A stretch of 64,000 nt of DNA. It comes from a virus. The notes below the pieces were generated by a model. It made no database searches. It saw only the letters and a program-made list of their open reading frames with translations, and had not been told where the DNA came from. This document shows positions 40,332-48,555 of this stretch, piece by piece. Position numbers and translations under genes: made by a program. The stretch spans positions 11,651-75,650 of the IMG/VR virus record IMGVR_UViG_3300020477_001849, one strand, 5' to 3'. The number at the start of each line of letters is the position of its first letter. Position 1 is the first letter of the stretch.

Positions 40332-42240
40332 TCATAACCTCCGGGTGATTACATGCTAGCTCTATATGAGGTGTCGGCTTATCAAAATCGACCTTTTCAT
40401 GAAATACCCATCCACCCATCTTTTCTTTAAGCTCTAGGGCTAATGCATCTATCTCTTCCTCTTTTACTGAACTCCATGACTTTTCGAAAAACATATTATT
40501 CTCAGGTGTGTCATCTTGCTCTATATCATAGAGGCTTTGCCAGTGCTTACTCCAGTAATCCCTATATGTCCGTATCTTTCTTCCTAGGTCAAACCACGAA
40601 TAATGATGGACTGATGGTAATAATTCTATGTTTCTAGAAAACCATTCTTGATACATCTTGAGGGCATCTTCATTTTTCATTAGGGCATGTGCCCTTAAAT
40701 TATGTGCTTCCGAATTATAGAAATTAGCATGAGCTATGATATCATAATTTTCATTATGTATGTAGTCGCACCCATCAGTACCAGGCATTGCGTATAATGA
40801 TCCATTATCATCAAATTTTCGTAATGAACCTGGTATGCCATGTGTAATAAATTGGGAATTCTTTGATAGTCTCCACTTCCATGGGTTGACGTCAATCCGA
40901 ACCTTTTCTTCACCACCCCAGTACTCAACGACAGGTAATGAAACTAGGTCGACCACACCTGGAAATGATTTAATCAAGTCTCTAATTTTCTTATAGTCAT
41001 TCTCATGCACAATCTCGTCTGCATCTTGCTGCCAACAAAAATTACCAGTGCATAAAGATCTAGCATATGCCTTTTGTTCACCATCATAAACTGCAAACCT
41101 GGGATTATCCCAATCCCTAACATTTTGTACTGCCCTAATTTTTTCATTACCAGCAGCCATTGTTTGTAGCTCACTCCAGGTGCTATCAGAAGAACCCCCA
41201 TCAACTACAATGACCTCATCACAAAAACCTAGCATCGAGATAATGGATTCACGCCATGGATACATTTGCTCTTCTGCGTTCAACAGTGTTGTGTATCCGG
41301 ATATTGTAGGGTACCAATTCATAGAATGCTTAATGGAATTCCAGAATCTTTCTCTGGCTGCATAAAGATAAGCTTCCGTATCAAACTCATCATCAGTATT
41401 AAACCAGATTTCATCTTTGTGCTGAACATTATCATTAAGTTCAAGTTTGCAACCCAGCATCTTTGCTTCAATAACCAGCCTAGGACACGTGTCTCCTCCT
41501 CTAGGGAGATATACCAAACCTTCAGCTGTAGCTAGTCTGTTAAGGACGTCTTCATATTTCCAACCCCACACAATGTCATACTCTTTTCCGTTATTCTCAC
41601 ACCACTCTTTCGCATTCTCGAATCCCTTGACCCAGCTATTTGATCCTAGGACGACCCATCCTTTCCGAACAGCGTTTTCATACTTTTCCTTTAGCACCTT
41701 CACTGACATGAAAAAAGACTCATCAAATACAGAGGATAGGATGACGTTTTCTCTTTCATTTAAGAATGGAAATAATTCATGGTAATGGTCCATTTGCTTT
41801 TCGGACATCCACCATAGGGATTTTGCGCCATAGAGAAATGCAGATACCATCTTTCCCTGAACGTCATTTTCACAGCTACATTCTTCCCCCTCCGCTTCTT
41901 TATGCTTTTCCGGGGAACGCCACTTACAGTACTTGTAATCATACTCGAGTACAGAATAATCTAGGTTACCTATGATTGAAGGAATAAGTTCTGGACTCAT
42001 TAAAGAAAAATTACCAAATATCCAGTATTTTTCCACACCCTCTTCTAAAAGGGCCATAGTGAGATCTGATGATTTTATTTTTTGAACCTTAAATGGGCTC
42101 GAGTCTATTAGCGCATGCGTAGTCATCTCTGCGCCACCACTATATTCTTCAGCAAACATATCAGAAACAAATATGATATCAGAATCTGCTATAGTGATAT
42201 CTGGACCTTGATTGGTTACAAAAGGACTGTTGGCAAACAT
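40306..42240 (-). CDS. Two-domain glycosyltransferase (GT-B-like N-terminus plus GT2 C-terminus)
   Basis: N-terminal GGAE...KG...DTCPRLVIEAKMLGC. C-terminal ISGY...VVDGGSSD...QQDADE. Confidence 0.85.
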   Translation of the reverse strand: MFANSPFVTNQGPDITIADSDIIFVSDMFAEEYSGGAEMTTHALIDSSPFKVQKIKSSDLTMALLEEGVEKYWIFGNFSLMSPELIPSIIGNLDYSVLEYDYKYCKWRSPEKHKEAEGEECSCENDVQGKMVSAFLYGAKSLWWMSEKQMDHYHELFPFLNERENVILSSVFDESFFMSVKVLKEKYENAVRKGWVVLGSNSWVKGFENAKEWCENNGKEYDIVWGWKYEDVLNRLATAEGLVYLPRGGDTCPRLVIEAKMLGCKLELNDNVQHKDEIWFNTDDEFDTEAYLYAARERFWNSIKHSMNWYPTISGYTTLLNAEEQMYPWRESIISMLGFCDEVIVVDGGSSDSTWSELQTMAAGNEKIRAVQNVRDWDNPRFAVYDGEQKAYARSLCTGNFCWQQDADEIVHENDYKKIRDLIKSFPGVVDLVSLPVVEYWGGEEKVRIDVNPWKWRLSKNSQFITHGIPGSLRKFDDNGSLYAMPGTDGCDYIHNENYDIIAHANFYNSEAHNLRAHALMKNEDALKMYQEWFSRNIELLPSVHHYSWFDLGRKIRTYRDYWSKHWQSLYDIEQDDTPENNMFFEKSWSSVKEEEIDALALELKEKMGGWVFHEKVDFDKPTPHIELACNHPEVMNEWLSRQD

Positions 42241-42436
42241 ATTCGAATTCTCCGTATCTACATACCAGTAGTCTAAACAAACATATTTTTTTTTAGATGT
42301 TTAAATTATACATCCTATTAAATGTAGGTTTATTCTAGAATCTATAGATCAGAATTCCCAGTTTTCAGCATTCAGTAATTATAGAAACTTAATTCTAGAA
42401 TTTAAGTACCTAATTTAATAGAATTTAGATTACTGA

Positions 42437-43741
42437 TTACAGTATATTAGAAGCCATGGCAGCAATTGCTGATCTCTGGCTATCTTTTAAATGAGCATGC
42501 GCAGCCAATTCAGTATTTTTTAATTTTTCGATTGCTATCGATAGCCCATTTGATTTTTTATCGATATAGGGTGTGTCGACCTGATCGGTATCACCCATCA
42601 GTACAATCTTCGAGCCATGTCCAATTCGAGTAATTATTGTTTTTAGTTCGTGAATAGTTGCATTTTGTGCTTCATCAACTATTACATAGGAATCATTAAA
42701 GGTTCTTCCTCTTATATACGCTAATGGGGCTATTTCTATTTCACCCTTTTGTTTCATCATGTCAAAATATGTTAGATCCTTAAAGGCATGCCTAAAATTA
42801 TCCATAATGGGTGCCATCCATGGTGCCATTTTTTCGCCCATATCACCGGGTAAATAACCTAAATCTCTCCCAACAGGCTGTATTGACCTGGTCACAATAA
42901 TTCTTTTATATTTTCTAGTCATAAGCCCAGCTAGCCCGCACATTAGGGCAAGATATGTTTTACCTGAGCCGGCTATACCTGTTAATGATACTAACTGAAT
43001 TGTGGCATCACACAGAATATTCATAGCATATGCTTGCTCTTTTCCTCGGGGCTCTATATTAACTGTTGAACCCAGTTCAGTCTTTCCAATTTTATGTATC
43101 TGATTTTTCTTAAAAATACCGATTAGCGATTTTCCTGAATAGCTTTTTGCTATAACAAACTGGTTTGGGTATAATTCATGATCCAACCTGGTCAGGTCGA
43201 TATATCCATCTTCATAAAATTTATCAACATCAGAATCGTCTAGACTTAGGATACTAGGCTCTTCAGGCCCTTCCGAATCCGTCGACGGAATATGATCCTT
43301 CCAGTAGTCCTCTCCTACCAACCCTAGGGCATCACATTTAACTCGAAGGTTAATATCCTTGGTTACGAGCTTAACTGTCCTCTGGGGATGAATCCTAGCC
43401 AGTCCTAGGGCTGTGGCAACAATCTGGTTATCAGCATAATCAGGTAATAAGCCGGCGGGGATATCTTCAGGTTTTGAATAGCTGGTTTCTATCCTGATTG
43501 TTTGATCAGAATTAGGCAACTGGACTTCCTTATCCAACCGGCCGATTTCCCTAAGGCCGTCGAGATACCGGTTAACATACCTAGCAGACTCGCCCAATAG
43601 CCCGGATTTATCTTTAAACCTATCTAGTTCATCTAAAACCGGAAGAGGTATAATAACGTCGTTTCCTGGAAATGAATGAATTGCGCTTTTATCATATAAC
43701 AGCACGCTGGTATCTAGTACCAGTAATTTTCTGTTGCTCAT
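42437..43741 (-). CDS. phoH: PIN-PhoH fusion (PhoH2/YlaK-like ATPase with PIN RNase domain)
   Basis: PIN: VLDTSVLL, ELD, D...TKDINLR. PhoH: GIAGSGKT, GYLPG, YIRGRTF, DEAQN, GDTDQVD. Confidence 0.92.
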   Translation of the reverse strand: MSNRKLLVLDTSVLLYDKSAIHSFPGNDVIIPLPVLDELDRFKDKSGLLGESARYVNRYLDGLREIGRLDKEVQLPNSDQTIRIETSYSKPEDIPAGLLPDYADNQIVATALGLARIHPQRTVKLVTKDINLRVKCDALGLVGEDYWKDHIPSTDSEGPEEPSILSLDDSDVDKFYEDGYIDLTRLDHELYPNQFVIAKSYSGKSLIGIFKKNQIHKIGKTELGSTVNIEPRGKEQAYAMNILCDATIQLVSLTGIAGSGKTYLALMCGLAGLMTRKYKRIIVTRSIQPVGRDLGYLPGDMGEKMAPWMAPIMDNFRHAFKDLTYFDMMKQKGEIEIAPLAYIRGRTFNDSYVIVDEAQNATIHELKTIITRIGHGSKIVLMGDTDQVDTPYIDKKSNGLSIAIEKLKNTELAAHAHLKDSQRSAIAAMASNIL

Positions 43742-43757
43742 CTAGTATATTCCCTCA

Positions 43758-43785
43758 TGTACAATCTTGAAAAAACCTATATGAT
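43758..43785 (+). promoter_or_regulatory. Putative sigma70-type promoter TGTACA-N16-TATGAT
   Basis: Upstream of the plus-strand gene at 43819. Same architecture as 45130-45157 and 56390-56417. Confidence 0.5.
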
Positions 43786-43818
43786 GTCTTATTACTAAAT
43801 ATGCACAACTTATAACTT

Positions 43819-44094
43819 ATGGATCATAATAAATCAAGTGAGATAGTCAAAGGCACTACATGTTTTAAGGAACATGAAAAAAGATCTTTAGCATGTGAAA
43901 AAACAGAATGCCGGCATTGGATTCATTACGAAGACTGTTATAACTGTACGATACTTGCTAGCGATAAACAAAAGCATACACTTCAAGAAATAGGCGATCT
44001 ATTTGGTATTACTAGAATGAGAATATGTCAAATAGAAAAATCAATACTGCAAAAGCTACTAAAGAATCGTGATGTAAAAAGCACTAAGCAGTAA
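43819..44094 (+). CDS. Stand-alone sigma-70 region-4 HTH protein with Cys-rich (Zn-binding?) N-terminus
   Basis: HTLQEIGDLFGITRMRICQIEK (compare the sigma70 4.2 consensus TLEEVGxxFxVTRERIRQIE), preceded by C..C..C.HW..C..C. Confidence 0.8.
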   Translation: MDHNKSSEIVKGTTCFKEHEKRSLACEKTECRHWIHYEDCYNCTILASDKQKHTLQEIGDLFGITRMRICQIEKSILQKLLKNRDVKSTKQ

Positions 44095-44128
44095 TTCTAG
44101 ATGACTAGCCACATTTTTTTAGATTAAT

Positions 44129-44486
44129 TGGTGGAGATGCCGGGAGTCGAACCCGGGTCCAAAATAAGTCTATAATCAGGTCATTCACAAGTTTAGCTAA
44201 TTTATTCCCGAACTAGCAAGGTATCTCGAAAAATCAACATTCCTATCGAGAATCGGAACCCACCTATTTCTAGGGACCATTCTTAATCTTTTTTATGTCG
44301 GTGAGATTAACCACTTATCCAGCTTTGATAACAAGGTTGCTGGAAACCCCGGATTAAGCAGCTAAGGCGTAATCATACTCAACATTATCGTTGGCATTTA
44401 AAGTTTATGACACTGTCAATCCATGTGTCACAGTTGGATACTTGCACCCTCGAACTTTCTTACCTTGTCGATACCAATTCACCCCC
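44129..44486 (-). ncRNA. ssrA: tmRNA, one-piece, about 358 nt; tag ANDNVEYDYALAA encoded at 44395-44354
   Basis: 5' GGGGGTG pairs with 3' CATCTCC-ACCA (G3:U70 alanine identity, encoded CCA). T-arm CCGGG-TTCGACT-CCCGG. Internal frame GCC AAC GAT AAT GTT GAG TAT GAT TAC GCC TTA GCT GCT TAA after ...TAAAT. Confidence 0.96.
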
Positions 44487-44499
44487 ATATTAGTAGGTA

Positions 44500-45102
44500 T
44501 TATGGTTTGGCAATATTTTTCTTACGTGTCTTACGATGAATATCATCATTATTATCTATCCACTTGATAATGGGATCCCCGCTATAGCAGTTTTCAAATA
44601 CATACCATGCATAGACCATCATCCCTGTACGGTATTTTCCATCGTCTCGTAGTTTTTCGCCTAACATAGGATACCTGGTAAATACATGTACATGTTTAAG
44701 ACCGTAATTGCGATCGCTGTATACATGATCATACCGCCGTTTTCCATGTAGGTATGATAAAGGAAGTAGCAGCGCAAACTTATTGACTGCTACTTCCTTT
44801 GCTTTTTCAATAAATTCCATTGCTAGCGAAAAAGGTGGATTCGTAACAACGTAATCATACTGTTTAGTCTCTGTTAAGAAGTCAACATCTGCATCATATG
44901 ATGTAATATTGCCATTCCAGAATTTATTCAATACCCTTACAATCGCACCGTTACCACATGCAGGTTCGCATATATTAAGGTCAATATTGAAATTTTCATT
45001 TGCAAATAAATGTTCTGTTATTGAGTAGGGCGTTTCATAAAAATCAGACCTTTTTCTCTGCCCTCGATTGTTACGACTAAAATTTTTCCCTTTTTGTGAC
45101 AT
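44500..45102 (-). CDS. Orphan DNA N6-adenine methyltransferase
   Basis: DFYETP, EPACGNG (motif I), VTNPPF (motif IV), YAW. No adjacent restriction nuclease. Confidence 0.85.
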   Translation of the reverse strand: MSQKGKNFSRNNRGQRKRSDFYETPYSITEHLFANENFNIDLNICEPACGNGAIVRVLNKFWNGNITSYDADVDFLTETKQYDYVVTNPPFSLAMEFIEKAKEVAVNKFALLLPLSYLHGKRRYDHVYSDRNYGLKHVHVFTRYPMLGEKLRDDGKYRTGMMVYAWYVFENCYSGDPIIKWIDNNDDIHRKTRKKNIAKP

Positions 45103-45129
45103 ACCATACTCCAGTGCTAATATAGTTTG

Positions 45130-45157
45130 ATTATATTAAAACATTGATATGTGTACA
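45130..45157 (-). promoter_or_regulatory. Putative sigma70-type promoter TGTACA-N16-TATAAT
   Basis: Consensus -10 upstream of the MTase and tmRNA genes. Confidence 0.55.
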
Positions 45158-45225
45158 GATTGTCCTCGTTAAAGGGTGTATACCCATCAATACATCATAC
45201 TTTTTGCTAGGGTAGATTTATTTAC

Positions 45226-45408
45226 CTACTTTTTTTCTGTGCTTAGGGTGATCTTAACTAGGTCTGCTGCTTCCTTCTTAAGTAGCCTCAGGCCTTTCCT
45301 TGCACGTACCCCGGCTGAAGCATTTCCTCCTGCATTTTTGTGTACGTCTAGATCTAAACTCTCAACTAAGACCTTAATCTCATTCCATTTTTCTAAAATA
45401 CCTGACAT
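45226..45408 (-). CDS. Histone H1-like (Hc1 family N-terminal domain) small basic protein
   Basis: GNASAGVRARKGL matches the GNxxAGxRARK motif of bacterial Hc1-like proteins. Confidence 0.75.
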   Translation of the reverse strand: MSGILEKWNEIKVLVESLDLDVHKNAGGNASAGVRARKGLRLLKKEAADLVKITLSTEKK

Positions 45409-45421
45409 TTTAAAACTCCTT

Positions 45422-45652
45422 TTATACTATAACGTCATTATTAGAGCTAGATGTAATATCATCTAGATAATCCTTAATACAACTAGAGATATTTGACATT
45501 GCAAATGTATCTTCTAACTCTAGTGATAAAAGATAAGATATTCTTAAAATTTGCTGTTGGCTAACGCCATACTCTAGAATTCTTTGCACTATTTCTCTAC
45601 ACTCCAGCAATTCTTTTGCTTTTGATTCGCTGTCTGTTGTTCCTAACTTCAA
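45422..45652 (-). CDS. Hypothetical protein
   Basis: 76 aa in a co-oriented run, SD-like GAGG upstream. Confidence 0.55.
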   Translation of the reverse strand: MKLGTTDSESKAKELLECREIVQRILEYGVSQQQILRISYLLSLELEDTFAMSNISSCIKDYLDDITSSSNNDVIV

Positions 45653-45676
45653 AATATCATCCTCACCTACATGTAA

Positions 45677-46138
45677 CTATACTGTTGTTCGATATACGAA
45701 AGGCTCAATCTTAAATTTATCTTTTCTCTCAAATACCAATCTTTTACCGCTTATCTCATCATCAATAGTCTCTTTTGATATGACTATGCTTTCTCCCCAC
45801 AATTCATTCTGCATAATAAATGAGGCATTCTCAAATGTAGCAACATCAGATTGATAACTCTCCAATACATCACAAACATCTTTTTCAAGTGATAGCTTAA
45901 TGTCATCTATAGTAGCTATTGATCTAATCTCATCTCTTCCTGCTACAATTTCTGATTTACATAAGTCATGAACCTTATGTACTACATCACAATTATTACA
46001 CTGTGCATACTTCGGGACTACGGTATTACTATCATCAATTATTGAGAAAACAATAAATTTATGATATACAGGATTCTTGGCATTACGATACTGAGGTAGA
46101 ATGCAGTGGCACTCTACTATGTGCTTAATTCCCTGCAT
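45677..46138 (-). CDS. Hypothetical protein with putative Zn-binding CxC...H...CxxC...H...C
   Basis: ECHC, YHKF, QCNNC, HKVHDLC. Confidence 0.6.
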   Translation of the reverse strand: MQGIKHIVECHCILPQYRNAKNPVYHKFIVFSIIDDSNTVVPKYAQCNNCDVVHKVHDLCKSEIVAGRDEIRSIATIDDIKLSLEKDVCDVLESYQSDVATFENASFIMQNELWGESIVISKETIDDEISGKRLVFERKDKFKIEPFVYRTTV

Positions 46139-46358
46139 CCTTACTATTTTTCACAGTAGATAGCACACCGTTCATGCCAACAGTAAATGACTTTTCAACC
46201 GAGCCATGTGTTTGATCAATAATCCATTGAACATCAGATATATCAAGGCCGGCATCCAAGAATTTTCCCTTAAGACCTCCGAGGTGCACAGTTAATTGCC
46301 CCTTGACATAGTCCTTAAGATCTATTAATGATTTTCCTACATTTGCTTCTAGGCTCAT
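46125..46358 (-). CDS. Hypothetical protein
   Basis: 77 aa, AGGAG SD, overlaps the next gene. Confidence 0.55.
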   Translation of the reverse strand: MSLEANVGKSLIDLKDYVKGQLTVHLGGLKGKFLDAGLDISDVQWIIDQTHGSVEKSFTVGMNGVLSTVKNSKDAGN

Positions 46359-46418
46359 AGTATTCTCCTATGAAAAAAAATACATATATCTCTCTAGAAG
46401 TAAATAAATTCATTATGA

Positions 46419-46883
46419 TTACTTCGTATGCCTATCCGCGATTGAGAATGAAGCCCATGAATCCGGCTTGACAAAACAGCTGTATCCCATGGATTTAACA
46501 TAGTTGACTAAAGGGCTTAAAAATTTAGAGCTAGCAAATTTAGGATTTTGGTTTATATCAATATGAATTGATATTCTAGAAGCATCGATGTGCTTTTGAA
46601 TTTCTTGTGCTACATCAATTGAATGTGTTACTTCTTTTTGTAACCTAGAACCTAGGGCGGCGTTTAAGTATTTTTTTTCCCAAATTCTTCTATAGAAATA
46701 CCTGCCGCCCTTTTTTGGCTGGACAACACAAATTGCTATAGCAAAGTTAACTTTTTCTTTTTTGACCTGTGAGTCTGTACCGATATGAATTTGGCTTCCT
46801 GGATGATTCCTTACAACAGTTAACATTTCATTGAATGAAATCCTATCACCTGATCCGGTATTCCAGAAACTATTTTGGTTCAT
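46419..46883 (-). CDS. RNase H-like YkuK (DUF458) family protein
   Basis: IHIGTDSQ, RLQKEV..S, IHIDIN, KPDSWAS..ADR. Confidence 0.85.
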   Translation of the reverse strand: MNQNSFWNTGSGDRISFNEMLTVVRNHPGSQIHIGTDSQVKKEKVNFAIAICVVQPKKGGRYFYRRIWEKKYLNAALGSRLQKEVTHSIDVAQEIQKHIDASRISIHIDINQNPKFASSKFLSPLVNYVKSMGYSCFVKPDSWASFSIADRHTK

Positions 46884-48286
46884 TTATTTTCACACAAGAT
46901 CATGGTAGAACAATTTCCGAGTGTTCGTGTAATAGAAATACAACTTTTCAAAGCTTCACACATCGCAATAAAGCTTAAACTATCAAACCCATATTTTTCA
47001 AGCTTTATTAATGATAAATATAACCACCTAACATCCAGTGGTATTTTTTTAATATCCACCAACCCGAACCTAGACAGGTCCCTAGTTAATTTAATACCGG
47101 TCTCTAATCTATCAAGGTCAATTCCCTTTTTTTCCATTAGCGAGTCCCTTAGCTTTATGTGTACGCATCTAGAGACTAGCCCATTTAATCTTCTAGACAG
47201 AAATTCCCGCTTTTCTATAGATTCGCATGCCTCTATGTCTTCCTTGATATTCCTCACATGAAGACTAACTGACCGTGATGTATTATCATTCTCTATGACA
47301 ACATGGCCATTATCTAATGTTACTTTAGGAATATCTAAGATATCTTCAAACGTAATAGATGATATTAACTCGCCCTTAAGCGACGAAACCACGTCAGTCC
47401 CACAGATAACTGCAATATCCTTCAAGAGGTTTGCACCCTCTAGGTCATAAGGTACCGATACTGGAATAACCTCCAGCGTCTTTCTCATCCAATTGGTCGC
47501 AAGAGTAGCTAGTACTTCTTCACCATAACCTCTCGCAAAGATAATGCCTGCCTGTTTTTCTTCATGAAATTTCTCTAATAAAAGGTTAACCTCAGACACT
47601 TTCTCTATTATACCGTCAATTATAATTGGCTTTACATCGTGTAAGGTAATTGATTTAAGCTTCGTCATTAACCGAAATTCTTGTGGGGGTGGCAAATAAT
47701 ATGAGTACCCACAGACTAGCTCTATAGAGCTTTCTTTAGAATTTTTCTTATCGATAAAGATATTTCCGTTTGCACCAGCTAGCGATATCGCAGATTCTAG
47801 AATATGTGATATTTCATTATCCCTAAAGAGCATGTCGTAATAGTGACATAGGTCATCTTTATTGGCAGGTAAAATTGAAGCGTGTATTTTCTTTAATAAC
47901 CCCTCAATCTCGCTTACTATGTTATTAATATCTTGGGGTCTTCTACATAGTTCTAAAAGACTACTGGATACTAAAAACAAAAATAGTATTCCTGCTGTGG
48001 CATGCTTTCTCTCACACCGCACAGCGGCATTTCGCAATATTTGTAGAATAAGATTTTCTTCTTGTTCACTAAAGGAGTGATTTGTAACGAGTCTCAAAGA
48101 CTCAGATAAAGATAGGGGAATAAATCTAGATTCGTACGACTGATGTATGTTACCCTTAGAAATGTTTTCCAGCATTTCTGATAGGAATACAGCTATCTTT
48201 TTTTTAGCGCCCCTAGTCTTGTTACTAAAGACCGGTACGCTGAAGCTTGGTTCCATATCTTTAGTGCCTGACCGGTGGTTCACCAC
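46880..48286 (-). CDS. Divergent chaperonin (GroEL/Cpn60-like) with degenerate ATP-binding motifs
   Basis: Apical-domain-like IIDGIIEKVSEV..LLE...IIFARGYGEEVLATLATN...LLKDIAVICG and EKREFLSRRLNGL...IKL. GDGTTT is absent. True start may be ATG 48256. Confidence 0.75.
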   Translation of the reverse strand: MVNHRSGTKDMEPSFSVPVFSNKTRGAKKKIAVFLSEMLENISKGNIHQSYESRFIPLSLSESLRLVTNHSFSEQEENLILQILRNAAVRCERKHATAGILFLFLVSSSLLELCRRPQDINNIVSEIEGLLKKIHASILPANKDDLCHYYDMLFRDNEISHILESAISLAGANGNIFIDKKNSKESSIELVCGYSYYLPPPQEFRLMTKLKSITLHDVKPIIIDGIIEKVSEVNLLLEKFHEEKQAGIIFARGYGEEVLATLATNWMRKTLEVIPVSVPYDLEGANLLKDIAVICGTDVVSSLKGELISSITFEDILDIPKVTLDNGHVVIENDNTSRSVSLHVRNIKEDIEACESIEKREFLSRRLNGLVSRCVHIKLRDSLMEKKGIDLDRLETGIKLTRDLSRFGLVDIKKIPLDVRWLYLSLIKLEKYGFDSLSFIAMCEALKSCISITRTLGNCSTMILCENK

Positions 48287-48512
48287 CGTGACCCGACGTT
48301 GCTAGGTTCAACAGCGTATCTCTTACTTTTAGCAATGCACTGTCGATTGCCTGACTTTCCTGTTGGGCTTTTTGATTTGCCAACCCCAACCTCCCCATCC
48401 CTAACACTAGTGATAAAGCAAATAGAATCCATGCAAACACAGAATGGTTAGTGGTATAGAGTAAAACTGATAACAGTAAACACAGTTCAGGATATTCAAA
48501 GGTAATTTTCAT
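48261..48512 (-). CDS. Small membrane protein (two TM segments)
   Basis: Two hydrophobic stretches, strong AAGGAGG SD. Confidence 0.6.
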   Translation of the reverse strand: MKITFEYPELCLLLSVLLYTTNHSVFAWILFALSLVLGMGRLGLANQKAQQESQAIDSALLKVRDTLLNLATSGHGGEPPVRH

Positions 48513-48555
48513 AAAGAGCCTCCTTTGAAAATTATAAGTTACTGAACGCTATTGT

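Noticed and set aside
1327-41975. Many plus-strand ORFs in the track (e.g. 5917-6549, 8026-8469, 16401-17123)
   Set aside because: They are antisense to well-supported minus-strand genes and carry no recognisable motifs; shadow ORFs.
12115-42240. Reading the region as a bacterial LPS/capsule locus
   Set aside because: It is contiguous and gene-overlapped with phage sigma/baseplate genes, contains a phage-type nuclease, and lacks export/polymerase genes. Chimerism cannot be fully excluded without reads.
44129-44160. tRNA-like T-arm and CCA end suggesting a tRNA gene or attachment site
   Set aside because: It pairs with a 5' end about 350 nt away and encloses a tag reading frame, so it is tmRNA. 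No integrase or duplicated att sequence was seen.
44500-45102. Restriction-modification system
   Set aside because: No cognate endonuclease adjacent; treated as an orphan methyltransferase.
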